DNA of 64,000 bases from Leptolyngbyaceae cyanobacterium (GTDB taxonomy: Bacteria > Cyanobacteriota > Cyanobacteriia > Phormidesmidales > Phormidesmidaceae), in NCBI GenBank assembly GCA_965263355.1, contig CBDHHL010000032.1:1568001-1632000 (forward strand), given 5' to 3'. Shown piece after piece: positions 10,997-20,897 of this stretch; within the stretch, counting starts at the first letter, position 1; every line of letters begins with the position of its first letter. The translations under genes and the position numbers were made by a program. Below the pieces are notes generated by a model, which had not been told where the DNA came from, did no database searches, and saw only the letters and a list, made by a program, of their open reading frames with translations.

Positions 10997-11049
10997 TTGA
11001 CTGCCAATAGATTGTAATGTGTTATTCCTTAGATTGTGGTATCTCCTCT

Positions 11050-11400
11050 TCAGGGAGAGGATTGCTGTGAGCTTTGTAGAGGATCAATCAGGACAATGGG
11101 ATGACGTGTCGGATCTTCTTGACCGCTTTGTTCACGCATAATTCGCCCAGATTGCTCTGGATCAAAATTGTGACTAAAGTCCTGCCACACACCATCGTGC
11201 TCCTTTTCTAAAGAGAGAATAGAGTGGTTTAGCTGGTTTAGGTCTGCTTTCTGTTGGCGATAATAGGGAAACAATTTAGCGATGGTGGAGGTGGCTACAA
11301 CCGCCAGTAAAACATTGACGGTGAGCTTTACCGTAGACTCCAAAACCAATGATTGGCGAGCTTTACCCCGAATGACCATAGGTGTCCTTCGTCGAGTCAT
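11050..11400 (-). CDS. small TM plus coiled-coil protein (FtsL/DivIC-like topology)
   Basis: Basic N-terminus, one TM, coiled coil, F...FDP....IM.EQ motif; lies downstream of psaM. Confidence 0.6.
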   Translation of the reverse strand: MTRRRTPMVIRGKARQSLVLESTVKLTVNVLLAVVATSTIAKLFPYYRQQKADLNQLNHSILSLEKEHDGVWQDFSHNFDPEQSGRIMREQSGQEDPTRHPIVLIDPLQSSQQSSP

Positions 11401-11537
11401 TAACGTCTATCCCTAACATGTTGTCAAGCTGCTGCTTAGCTTGCCATATTATGGGCCTTAATGCTGTATTCGAACCACAAATTTGCTCTTTTGCCAAAAA
11501 ATAACGCAGCTTTGCTGAACACTGGGCACTGAGCCAT

Positions 11538-11564
11538 AAAAAAGCCTTGAGCATTGCTCAAGGC
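11538..11564 (-). terminator. Rho-independent terminator downstream of psaM
   Basis: GCCTTGAGCA-T-TGCTCAAGGC preceded by A6 on +, i.e. hairpin plus U6 on the minus strand. Confidence 0.75.
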
Positions 11565-11731
11565 CGCTATAAATATTGCTCGAAAATATTGCTCGAAATT
11601 GCTCAAAAGTAACTATTTTGCTAAAGACGCTAGAGCAGAGCCTAAAACATGAGGGCTGTTGCTTAATAAAGCCTGCTAAATCAGGTGTCGCTTCAGATGT
11701 GAGTTAGATAGTGGGGTCTAACTGACTCTGC

Positions 11732-11827
11732 CTACTTATAAAGCTCAGTACCAAGACGAAGAGCCAAAACACCAGGAATTAAAGCAATAAGAAGAGCGAG
11801 GATGATTTGAGTGTCAGATAAAGCCAT
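11732..11827 (-). CDS. psaM: photosystem I reaction centre subunit XII (PsaM)
   Basis: Manual translation [31 protein letters not shown] (31 aa); too short for the ORF track. Confidence 0.97.
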   Translation of the reverse strand: MALSDTQIILALLIALIPGVLALRLGTELYK

Positions 11828-12337
11828 GGAGCACTAAGTTCCTTACTAAATAATGACTACTATGTTCTTAGAGAATTGTTGACTAAAACTGCCACAATCA
11901 GACGCTTTGCAAACAATCTGTTACAGACTTTAACAACAGGGCTATGGGGCGTCTTGATTACATGCTTGTTGGAGGGGCATCTAAAGCGATAGTTCCCTTG
12001 ATATATAAACCTTCACAAGGGTTTCATTATTGAGATCTTTTTAAGACTAAGAAGAGCTAGAAATGTTGCTATTCTGTCGGTGTATTCCCAAAAACCATGA
12101 TAGCTTGAGCAAATTGGTGGGATTCCTACTAGTGGTATTCAGCTAGTGGTATTCAGAGATTGCCATGGATAGGGCTCAAATTATTTATCTGAGGAAAGTT
12201 ATAAACCTGAATTAGAATGTAACTTTAATAACACTCATAATTGTAGTGAATGCGTTATCACTACCTAAACGAAACTTTGCTCTAAAATTAGCGGTTTAAA
12301 AGCTGCCTGGTGGGTATTTTATATTCCTGGTTAAACA

Positions 12338-13057
12338 ATGAACTCAGCTTCCTCTGGTATCGATAGCCGCAGCACCACTGTATCAAGCAGTTTAAGGCAG
12401 TCTCCGGGTGTACCCTCAACATTTCGCTCGGCCTTAGAGCTAAAGCTAACACGATTACAAAGGGATGTGCTGCGGATGGGAGCATTGGTAGAGAGTTCCT
12501 GTCTGTTGGCCAGGGAAGCATTGTGCGATCGCAATATTGATGCCGCCAAAAACCTAAAGAAACACGATAAACAAGTTGATCAGCTCTACCGACAAATTGA
12601 AGTAGATTGCATCAATTTAATTACGTTAGAAGCCCCCGTTACTCAGGACCTACGTTTAGTCAGTGCTTTAATGCAAATGATTCGCGATCTAGAGCGGATC
12701 GGTGACTATGCCAAAGATATTGGTGAGGTATCGTTAAGGCTATTTCCATATCCTGCCCATGGGGCGATGGATCAGATTCAGGTCATGCTTGACCGCTGTC
12801 GATCTATGGTGGCCTTGAGTTTACTTTCCCTATCAGAACTGGATGTGGAAGCTGGTCGAGAAATCAAAGAAAAAGATGACGTTGTCGATGACGATTACGA
12901 ACGTCTCTATGAGCTTTTGGTCCAGGGTCCTGTTTCTAGAAGTGTTGAACCTACGGTTTTGTTAGTACTGGTTATTCGTTATTTAGAACGTATTGCGGAT
13001 CATGCCACAAATATTGGTCGACGTGTAGTCTTTGTGGTCACCGGAGAGCGGCATTAA
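12338..13057 (+). CDS. phoU: phosphate signalling protein PhoU
   Basis: RDLERIGD and RYLERIADHATNI repeats. Confidence 0.95.
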   Translation: MNSASSGIDSRSTTVSSSLRQSPGVPSTFRSALELKLTRLQRDVLRMGALVESSCLLAREALCDRNIDAAKNLKKHDKQVDQLYRQIEVDCINLITLEAPVTQDLRLVSALMQMIRDLERIGDYAKDIGEVSLRLFPYPAHGAMDQIQVMLDRCRSMVALSLLSLSELDVEAGREIKEKDDVVDDDYERLYELLVQGPVSRSVEPTVLLVLVIRYLERIADHATNIGRRVVFVVTGERH

Positions 13058-13375
13058 GATAAATTATTTGAAACATATTTGACATAACGACCACTTTAAG
13101 GAACACTTATACCGTTCATATGCTAATTTTCTTGAGCATGCTCATATAAGGGCAGTTTGAAAGGCATGCCATACTGTGCAGCGGTAGTTTAGAGTAATTT
13201 TTCAGGGATGCGTCTTGGGGGATTGCCCTCGTACCTTGTAAATTTACTGGTTGCTAAGTGGTATGGCAGTCGTGCTTGCAGTCCGCAGAGCAGCGTTTGT
13301 CATTGCATTCTATTCCCAGTCTCTGACCAAGAAACCAGTGGCATGTTTCACTAACCACATAGGATTCATCGCTAC

Positions 13376-15814
13376 ATGAATTTTTCAATCGCTTCCCTGC
13401 TATCTAATTTTTCAAACGACAAGCTCGTTACGACCAAAGCCCTAGAAAAAAAACTCAATTGCTCCGATGATAATCAGATCAGTGATCTAAATATTGCTCT
13501 GGATGCCCTAGAGCGTATTGGTGTGCTGGAGAAGGATCGGGGTCGATATCGGCGTATTTATGAAGAAGGCGTCATTGAAGGTAAGCTACGATGCTCCAGT
13601 AAAGGGTTTTGTTTTGCCATTCAAGATGAAGAAGACGCTGACGATATCTATGTCAGAGAGGCCCATCTTAACCATGCTTGGAATGGCGACCGAGTATTGG
13701 TGAAGGTGACCAAAGAGGGGAACCGACGTCGTAGCCCGGAAGGTGAAGTACAGCTTATCTTAGAGCGGGCAAACTCCTCCGTTTTAGCACGCATTAGGGA
13801 AGCTGAAGCAGGGGATCGCTTACAGGCGGTCCCCCTTGATGATCGATTGTTATTTCAGCTGGATTTACAAAATCAAGAGGAAGATGAACTAAGTCAGGCC
13901 GACTTGCAGGCAGCTATTGATCATCTGGTTCATGTGGAAATTCTGCGCTATCCCATTGGACAACATTTGCCTCAGGGGAAAGTGGCCCAAATTTTGGGCA
14001 GTGATGCAGAGGCAGCGGCTGACATTGACATTGTTTACTGCAAGCATGACTTACCCCGAGCGTTTCCTGAAGAAGTGATGATGGCCGCTAAAGCATTACC
14101 TAATCGTGTGCGCAAGGCTGATATCAAAAAGCGAATTGATTTGAGAGACCAATCCACCATTAGTATTGACGCTGATGGTGCTCAAGTGATTGACGATGCC
14201 CTTACCTTAGAGCAGCTGGATGATGGCAATTGGCTACTGGGAATTCATGTGGCAGATGTTTCATACTACGTACCTGCCAATAATCCTATTGACCAAGAAG
14301 CTTGTCGTCGAGGAACATCAGTTTATTTAGCGGATTCACCAGTACCTCTGCTGCCGCCACCGCTGTCCACTTCATTGTGTGCCCTGCTGGCAGATAAGGA
14401 GCGGTTGACAATTTCCGTGATGGTGATTCTCTCTTCAGACGGGGAGGTGTTAGCCTATGAAGTCCAGCCATCGGTAATCTACAATGATCACCAGCTGAAT
14501 TATCATGAGGCCCAGGCTATTTTGGAGCGGGACGACAGTGATGCTCTAGATGCGCTGTCGTTTAATCAAAGTGATCTAACGCAATACGAAGATAGCTTTG
14601 AGCTTGTTGATCAGCTGTTTGAAGTGAGTAAACTTCTACAACAACAGCGTAATCAGCGTGGTTCGTTCGATCTTAATCTTCCAGATCATGTTTTTCCAGA
14701 AGAAGCAGGGGAAGAGTTATCCCATTATCTCTCTCCTAAGTTTCAACATGATGACGAGGGTGGTCTTGGTGTGATGGTGGTTTCAGACTTGCTTCCAGCC
14801 CGACGGATTGTAACTGAATGCATGTTGTTAGCCAATCAGCTAGTGGCTAAACATCTCAAAGAGCTAGGTGTACCAGCTATCTATCGTCTCCATGGCACTC
14901 CCGATCCGGGGGATGTGCAAGAACTGATCAAGTTAGCCAATAATATGGGGCTAAATTTACATCTGGAAAATGAAGAATCTGTTGCCCCTAAGGACTATCT
15001 TGGATTTGTTCAACAGTTTAGCCAGTCCAAAGCTGAAAAAGTACTGACCTATCTGTTGTTGTCTACGTTAAAACCAGCTTCCTATGGTAGTCATCCCGAT
15101 GGTCATTTTGGTCTAGCGTTAGAAGATGGGTATACCCACTTTGCTTCTCCCGTAAGACGTTATCCTGATTTGCTGGTACATCGATTACTCCATGCGGTGT
15201 TTGATGAGGGGCGAGATCGCAAAACTACTCGCTCCAAAGATAGGGTTGACTTGCGTAGCAGCAGTAGCCATGGCAATGTTAACTGGAGTGTCCTACCCCC
15301 AGATATACACAGCGAATTTGAAGAACAGTTTAGTCACATAACCACCCATCTGACAGAGCGGGAGCGTTTAGCCCAAGAAGCTGAGTCTGATTTAGAAGGC
15401 TTGAAAAAAGCCGCATTTATGCAGGCCCATACGGGGGAAGTGTTCCATGGACTGATTACAGGCGTACAGTCCTATGGTTTCTTTGTGGAACTGGAAGAAT
15501 TGCTGGTTGAAGGGTTGGTACACGTTAGTTCCCTTAAGGATGACTGGTATGAGTATCGTTCTCGACAGCAAAAATTGATGGGACGTAAGAATCGGCAACA
15601 ATATCGTCTCGGTGACCGAGTAGAAGTCCAGGTGAAGAGCGTGGACTATTACCGTCAACAGATTGACCTAGTGGCGGTCGGTGGCGGTAGTGAAGCCATC
15701 GATGACGATGACGATGACGATGACGATATGACTAACGGCGATATGACTAACGACGATATGACTGATAACGACGATATGACTGATGACGATGTCTACGACG
15801 ATGGCGAAGAGTAG
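13376..15814 (+). CDS. rnr: ribonuclease R family exoribonuclease
   Basis: Cold-shock domains, IDDAL, GIHVADVS, ECMLLAN, YTHFASPVRRYPDL, S1 domain, acidic tail. Confidence 0.93.
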   Translation: MNFSIASLLSNFSNDKLVTTKALEKKLNCSDDNQISDLNIALDALERIGVLEKDRGRYRRIYEEGVIEGKLRCSSKGFCFAIQDEEDADDIYVREAHLNHAWNGDRVLVKVTKEGNRRRSPEGEVQLILERANSSVLARIREAEAGDRLQAVPLDDRLLFQLDLQNQEEDELSQADLQAAIDHLVHVEILRYPIGQHLPQGKVAQILGSDAEAAADIDIVYCKHDLPRAFPEEVMMAAKALPNRVRKADIKKRIDLRDQSTISIDADGAQVIDDALTLEQLDDGNWLLGIHVADVSYYVPANNPIDQEACRRGTSVYLADSPVPLLPPPLSTSLCALLADKERLTISVMVILSSDGEVLAYEVQPSVIYNDHQLNYHEAQAILERDDSDALDALSFNQSDLTQYEDSFELVDQLFEVSKLLQQQRNQRGSFDLNLPDHVFPEEAGEELSHYLSPKFQHDDEGGLGVMVVSDLLPARRIVTECMLLANQLVAKHLKELGVPAIYRLHGTPDPGDVQELIKLANNMGLNLHLENEESVAPKDYLGFVQQFSQSKAEKVLTYLLLSTLKPASYGSHPDGHFGLALEDGYTHFASPVRRYPDLLVHRLLHAVFDEGRDRKTTRSKDRVDLRSSSSHGNVNWSVLPPDIHSEFEEQFSHITTHLTERERLAQEAESDLEGLKKAAFMQAHTGEVFHGLITGVQSYGFFVELEELLVEGLVHVSSLKDDWYEYRSRQQKLMGRKNRQQYRLGDRVEVQVKSVDYYRQQIDLVAVGGGSEAIDDDDDDDDDMTNGDMTNDDMTDNDDMTDDDVYDDGEE
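15701..15790 (+). repeat. coding tandem repeats forming the acidic RNase R tail
   Basis: (GATGAC)4 followed by GATATGACT(AAC/GAT)-containing 15-18 nt units. Confidence 0.8.
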
Positions 15815-15817
15815 ACT

Positions 15818-16459
15818 ATGTCAAACGATGCACAAGCAGCATCCCGTCCTCTGGTTTTAGGCATTACTGGAGCGTCTGGTTTAATCTACGCCGTACGAGC
15901 CCTTAAACATCTGCTAACAGCAGGCTATGAGGTTGACCTAGTCGCGTCTAAGGCGGTGTATATGGTTTGGCAAGCTGAGCAACAGGTACGATTGCCTGGA
16001 GATCTAGGCCAGCAAACCTTGTTTTGGCGAGAGCAGGCTGGGGTGCCAGCAGCTGGTGACCTACGTTGTCATGCCTGGAGCAATGTGGGGGCCACTATTG
16101 CCAGTGGTTCGTTTAAGACTCTGGGTATGGTGGTGATGCCCTGTAGTATGAGTACGGTGGGGAAATTGGCAGCTGGCTTAAGTTCGGACCTGTTAGAGCG
16201 GGCTGCCGATGTGCAGCTTAAGGAGGGGAAGCCGTTAGTTTTAGTGCCCCGTGAAACGCCTTTGAGCTTAATTCACCTGCGTAATTTAACGACTCTGGCC
16301 GAAGCAGGCGCTAAAATTGTGCCAGCAATTCCAGCCTGGTACCATCAGCCCCAAACTATTGATGATCTAGTGGATTTTGTAGTTGCCAGGGCGCTAGACC
16401 AGTTGGATATTAACTGTGTACCGCTAAATCGTTGGCAGGGACATGGTCAAAAGCGGTAG
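15818..16459 (+). CDS. ubiX: flavin prenyltransferase
   Basis: GITGASG, ASGSF, PCSMST, RAADVQLKE, VPRETP, PAWYHQP. Confidence 0.96.
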   Translation: MSNDAQAASRPLVLGITGASGLIYAVRALKHLLTAGYEVDLVASKAVYMVWQAEQQVRLPGDLGQQTLFWREQAGVPAAGDLRCHAWSNVGATIASGSFKTLGMVVMPCSMSTVGKLAAGLSSDLLERAADVQLKEGKPLVLVPRETPLSLIHLRNLTTLAEAGAKIVPAIPAWYHQPQTIDDLVDFVVARALDQLDINCVPLNRWQGHGQKR

Positions 16460-16505
16460 GGTGGATCATGGCCCACCGAATTTTGGGCAACAGGAGAAGA
16501 TTGGA

Positions 16506-17294
16506 ATGGTTCAGCTGATTGCATTGCTATTGCTCGTGGCCGCTCTGGTCATTCTGGTGCTGCAAAATCTGACTCCTGTGGTGGGGCTGGTGGTGTTGGG
16601 TGTATCGGTGGGGGCGTTGCCGGTGTCGGTGTGGCTGCTGGGTGCGATCGCAACCGGTGTCCTGTGTACCCTAATCATCTATCAGCTAGTGCCTCAAAAA
16701 CGAGCCTATCGCCCCATTGGTAAGCGGTTGAGTGATCCGGCCCCTGAACCCACGCGATTTGTTAATCCGCCAGTGGATACCCCCATGGGTATGCCAGATG
16801 CTCGTTCTAGTAATGCCCCATCCGGTCGCTTTCAGCAGTCAGACCGTCAAAATCCCTACGACAGTGACTGGGAAAATTTTAGAGCGCCAGAACAGTGGGA
16901 TGACTGGGGGCAAAAGCAGCCTTCGGAGTATGTGGCTAGTAATCGACCGAGGCCATCTGTAGGTGATGCGGTTGATGATACGTTTAAGGATATTGAATCG
17001 GGCTGGGGTGATGACGACTATGAAACGTCGGCACGATACGCATCACGACAGGAGACTAGTCCAGATATTGGCTGGGATGATAGCAGTGCCTACGATTCGA
17101 GTAGAGTGGAGCGGCTCAACTATGAGCCCCGCACCTATGAAGAAGGCTGGCTCTACGGTAATGACGCGCCTGAAGAACCGTTAGGGATAGCTGAACCTGG
17201 TGAGCCGAGGCCAGATGATCCAGATGAGAGCGTATACGATGCAAACTATCGGGTAATCATTCCGCCCTACGATGTTCAAGATAAAGATAGTTGA
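16506..17294 (+). CDS. LapA-like membrane protein with acidic disordered C-terminus
   Basis: LVLQN TM hairpin; C-terminal VYDANYRVIIPPY motif; ATG at 16506 preferred. Confidence 0.7.
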   Translation: MVQLIALLLLVAALVILVLQNLTPVVGLVVLGVSVGALPVSVWLLGAIATGVLCTLIIYQLVPQKRAYRPIGKRLSDPAPEPTRFVNPPVDTPMGMPDARSSNAPSGRFQQSDRQNPYDSDWENFRAPEQWDDWGQKQPSEYVASNRPRPSVGDAVDDTFKDIESGWGDDDYETSARYASRQETSPDIGWDDSSAYDSSRVERLNYEPRTYEEGWLYGNDAPEEPLGIAEPGEPRPDDPDESVYDANYRVIIPPYDVQDKDS

Positions 17295-17500
17295 ACACTA
17301 GGAGCATTGCACTATGGTTCAAGCGCCATCATACTTACCGGCCTAGCCAATGAACGCATGTCTGCCATCTGCCGATCTCATCAACACAGGCTTGAAAGCT
17401 TCTTTCAATGGCAAGCGCATGCACAGTTAGTACCACAACGGTGCATGCGATAATGATGAATCGCGTCTCGATTTGGTTCACTTGTATTTTCCCCAATGTC

Positions 17501-17530
17501 TTAAACAAAGGAGCAGCCTCCTTTGTTTAA
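17501..17530. terminator. perfect 13-bp hairpin, possible terminator
   Basis: TTAAACAAAGGAG-CAGC-CTCCTTTGTTTAA. Confidence 0.55.
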
Positions 17531-17675
17531 TAATTCATGTTGTCTGGCCCACTGATCCGGATCTCTAGCTTTTTGGAAACTCTTAGCCGCTCAGATCTGG
17601 CCATAACGGCTAATCAGAAAACCAGATTTAATCTGAAGGCATCATGTCCCCTACAACTAGAAAGACGTTAACGTT

Positions 17676-17843
17676 GTAAACACTTCTGTCTTTGAAAAAA
17701 TTCTGTTTGACCTTTTGCATTTCGACAATAAAGCGTTCTCCTGTGGCGGTCTGGCAGTAGATGTCGAAAATAGCTTTACGATCTGCCCAGGTATTGCCGA
17801 AAAATTCGGGATTTTTGAAGTTCAGGTCCTGGATATGGTGATA
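17676..17843 (-). pseudogene. fragment of an Rpn family / PD-(D/E)XK nuclease (putative transposase)
   Basis: Translates to YHHIQDLNFKNPEFFGNTWADRKAIFDIYCQTATGERFIVEMQKVKQNFFKDRSVY. In-frame TAG 14 codons upstream, no start codon, N- and C-terminal parts missing. Confidence 0.85.
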
Positions 17844-17969
17844 GTTGTGCTGCGGTGCCCTCGTTTCTCTAATGGTAACCGCCTAGTCGTTATGGGTGAG
17901 TGCTAGTAAGCTAAAGCAGTAGAGCGCCCAGTCTGTTCAGGTGCTATTCACCTAACCTGATAACCAGAG

Positions 17970-19259
17970 ATGTCCCCGGTTTTACCTATTGATACCCAGC
18001 GCTATCAGTCTGGTGACTATACCTTGGAGGTGACTGCCCGACCATCGCCGCTATCGCAGTGGAGCGCTCGGCCAGTGGTGCGTCAGCTGCGCTTTAATCT
18101 GTGGTCAGAGCAACCAGAACGTCAGCGGCTGGCGGCTGGCGATCAACATCAGTTAGTCACCCTTAGCGATGCGGTTGAAACCTATGTGCAGAGACATCTT
18201 ACCCAGCAGGCCTGGCCCCAAACCCATCGCTTAACATTGCTTGAGCAGGAAATAGAATTTAGCACCCTGCAGCTGTTTAATTTAGCAGAGGTGCTAAGTG
18301 CCTATGGCCAGGGGCAAATTACTTTGCCAGCTTTCCCACGTCAGAGTCAATTACGTCGTCGTCGTCCGCGTTGGCGGACAGGGTCAGCTGCGGCCTCTCT
18401 GCTGGTAGCTGTCGGTGTCACTACAGCCTATCTTTACTACCGACCAGCGGTCTTTAATGAAGTGGCTACTACTCAAGCTCCAGCTGACGTCCTTGAAGAT
18501 AAAGTCGTTGTCTTGCCGGAAGCTAATACCCCATCGGAAGGTGGTTCTGCTGCTCCATCAGCCCCATCATTAGAACGGGCTCCCGCTGAAGACAGGGATG
18601 TATCCGGTAGTCCTGAACGTAAGGCAAGCGAAGATCTGGCCCAGCAACCCTTAGAGTCAACAGAGCTTGATTCAGTTAGAGCTATACCAGTGCCAACTGA
18701 ATCACAGTCTGCAGCGTCAACAAATACAGAGTCTAGTTTTGATGTGCCTGCTGCTGAGGCTTTAGATCCAGAAGAAATCATGCCAGAGGCGGAACGGCTT
18801 GAGTTGAATGGTGCTATGCCTGAAATAGCCAAAATACCGGAATCACCTGAGCCAGCAGCAGCTCCAAGGGAACCAATGGCTACGGTTGCTGTTGGTGAGT
18901 CTGAACAGGCAGAACGCTTAGGAGAGGCAGCAGGTGGAGGTATGGCGGATACTGCTGCCGGTGGTGATTTACAGCGATCGCGAATAGCTACTGAAGAAAC
19001 AGCCAGTGGCTTTGGGGTATTGGATGCGATCGCAACCCAACTTGCGCCCTACCAACCTACGGAAGCCAATTACCCGCTGATGTATCACCTACAAATTGCG
19101 TCAAACGGTACGATTATTGCCATTGAACCCATTGGGGAAAATGTGCCTGCGATTATGGTGTCTAACGAGGTTATTAACCCAGCCCCTGGACGGTCTTTAA
19201 AGGTTGAGGTGATTTACACGGGGGATAATCGGCCTGTGGTTAATGAATTGTTTGAATAA
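17970..19259 (+). CDS. DUF4335-like membrane protein
   Basis: TLEV.A..SPLSQW...PV...LRF.L, STLQLFNLAEVL, TM, acidic low-complexity region. Confidence 0.7.
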   Translation: MSPVLPIDTQRYQSGDYTLEVTARPSPLSQWSARPVVRQLRFNLWSEQPERQRLAAGDQHQLVTLSDAVETYVQRHLTQQAWPQTHRLTLLEQEIEFSTLQLFNLAEVLSAYGQGQITLPAFPRQSQLRRRRPRWRTGSAAASLLVAVGVTTAYLYYRPAVFNEVATTQAPADVLEDKVVVLPEANTPSEGGSAAPSAPSLERAPAEDRDVSGSPERKASEDLAQQPLESTELDSVRAIPVPTESQSAASTNTESSFDVPAAEALDPEEIMPEAERLELNGAMPEIAKIPESPEPAAAPREPMATVAVGESEQAERLGEAAGGGMADTAAGGDLQRSRIATEETASGFGVLDAIATQLAPYQPTEANYPLMYHLQIASNGTIIAIEPIGENVPAIMVSNEVINPAPGRSLKVEVIYTGDNRPVVNELFE

Positions 19260-19260
19260 T

Positions 19261-19318
19261 TTGGGTTGCGTGCTGTTGCCTATTGTCTGATGACCATTTC
19301 CCAATAAACGCAACCCAA
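19261..19318. repeat. 11-bp inverted repeat between convergent genes
   Basis: TTGGGTTGCGT ... ACGCAACCCAA with a 36-nt spacer. Confidence 0.55.
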
Positions 19319-19319
19319 T

Positions 19320-19772
19320 CTACGATTTGTTTTTCTTCGGTTCTTCTTTTTTCTGTTTTGCGCGGCTTTTGCGTCGGGCCAATCCCTGGTTGATGGGAAA
19401 GCCTGCCACTGGAATCACCTGATAACGACGTTCCTCTTCCAGCTTTTTGAGCTTTGTGTAGTCAACCCACTGAATACAGTCAACCGGGCAAGTATCAATG
19501 GCTTCCTGAATTAGCGCTTCCTGGTCACCATCCTGACGCACCACCCGCGCTCGACCGTGGAGAGGCTCTATATAGAAGGTATTGCAGGCAACGTGGGCAC
19601 AGTTTTTGCAGCCAATACAGGTCATCTCATCCACATAGACGCCCTTTTGCCGCACAGCCCCCCCGAGTTCAGGCTCAAAGCCAGTACGGTTGTCGGCATC
19701 CCTGAGTAATCCACCGAGTTCAGGTTCTAGACCCGATCGCTCGTCGCTAAGAGGAACGTTTTGCAAAGTCAT
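19320..19772 (-). CDS. ferredoxin (Fer4_13-type, related to the ferredoxin domain of DnaJ-Fer proteins)
   Basis: VYVDE.TCIGCKNCAHVA...EAIDTCPVDCI.WV. Confidence 0.9.
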   Translation of the reverse strand: MTLQNVPLSDERSGLEPELGGLLRDADNRTGFEPELGGAVRQKGVYVDEMTCIGCKNCAHVACNTFYIEPLHGRARVVRQDGDQEALIQEAIDTCPVDCIQWVDYTKLKKLEEERRYQVIPVAGFPINQGLARRKSRAKQKKEEPKKNKS

Positions 19773-19815
19773 TGATATTACTCCAATTGCATAGGGGTAA
19801 CCCCCAAAAGCAACA

Positions 19816-19846
19816 AGGACGACGTTGAAAGTCCCAACGCCGCCCC
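19816..19846 (-). terminator. terminator-like hairpin between the DUF1257 gene and the ferredoxin
   Basis: Minus strand GGGGCGGCGTTG-GGACTTT-CAACGTCGTCCT followed by TGTTGCTTTT. Confidence 0.55.
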
Positions 19847-19878
19847 TATCTAATCAGCTAGCTTGAAAGCTGAGAATC

Positions 19879-20274
19879 TTAGTTTTGAGCCCAGCGCTGT
19901 AAAACCAATCGAATGGAACCGTCCTTAGCCGTTGTTTGCTCAGCTACCTGAAACCCCTGTCGAGAAGTCTCATCCATAACTGTGTGGTAAGCATAGCGCT
20001 GAGTTACCTGGTTCAAAAAGCCATCCACTGAGAGAGGTTGCTGCCAATACTGTATATCAGCCACTAGCTCATAGTCTCCAGTATCTGCATTGCGCTTAAA
20101 GCCAAGATCGTAGCCATTACCTTGCTCGATGACTACTTCAGCGGTTTCAGTCTTTCCCTGATAGCCGCGCACAGTTTGTGGGCCTGCTTTCCAGTCGGTC
20201 CCCATGTCGGTGAGTGCAGCCTGCAGGGCGGGCAGATTACGGATTTTGGTTTTGATCTGGCTAAAGTGCGACAT
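19879..20274 (-). CDS. DUF1257 (Ycf35-like) protein
   Basis: MSHFSQIKT, VRGYQG, YELVAD..YW, QRYAY; ATG at 20274. Confidence 0.9.
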   Translation of the reverse strand: MSHFSQIKTKIRNLPALQAALTDMGTDWKAGPQTVRGYQGKTETAEVVIEQGNGYDLGFKRNADTGDYELVADIQYWQQPLSVDGFLNQVTQRYAYHTVMDETSRQGFQVAEQTTAKDGSIRLVLQRWAQN

Positions 20275-20344
20275 CTTAAAACTTGTATGTTTTTGAAGTT
20301 GACAAAATGGCCATCGGGCCAAAGCAGCGGCGAAGCGATAGCTT

Positions 20345-20557
20345 CTACCAGCTGCGGTAATTAGCCTGGGAATCAGTCTGTTCAGACGTTAATTGATTAC
20401 CCTGGGCATAGAACTCAGACGTCTTTTCCTGAGATACAACCTGGCCTAACTGAGCCTCAATAGCAGCAGTCACTTCAGCGCAAGAGCGACCGACAATACC
20501 AGTCACCAGCTCCTTAACTCGGCCATCGGGATAAATAACAAATTCCAATGTTTCCAA
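20345..20557 (-). CDS. DUF2997 protein
   Basis: LEF.IYPDGRV.E.V.GI.G.SC..VT..IE..LG; TTG start with GAGGTG RBS. Confidence 0.9.
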   Translation of the reverse strand: METLEFVIYPDGRVKELVTGIVGRSCAEVTAAIEAQLGQVVSQEKTSEFYAQGNQLTSEQTDSQANYRSW

Positions 20558-20897
20558 AGGGACTCACCTCTTGGAGCAATTGCCTTACCAAATAAGACGA
20601 ACGTAGACAAACAATAACTAAATATTAGTTCAAACTCCATACAAAAAGTTAATACAGAGTATTGATTTTGAGAGTGTCTACGTTAGCTGTTTGAATTAGT
20701 GTCGCGCAACTTTCTAGAGCCGTCAAGCAGAGGGCTTGGAGAGATCAATCGCCACCGTAAATCTTTTACAAAAGTCAATATTTTGAGATGTTTCTTGGTT
20801 TTGTTGCGTCTTAATTTGGGCGATGATACTACCTGCGAAATGTGTTGAAGATGCCATTATTCAATGGTTTGGTAGTGATCAAGCGAGGTGGATTGGT

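Noticed and set aside
11950..12337. Pho box upstream of phoU
   Set aside because: Only isolated ATAAACCT half-matches; no three PyTTAAPyPy units at an 11-bp period.
17715..17906. 63-aa + strand ORF
   Set aside because: Antisense to the Rpn nuclease fragment, with no recognisable motif.
20757..20769. NtcA-like site upstream of narM
   Set aside because: The spacer is N7, not N8.
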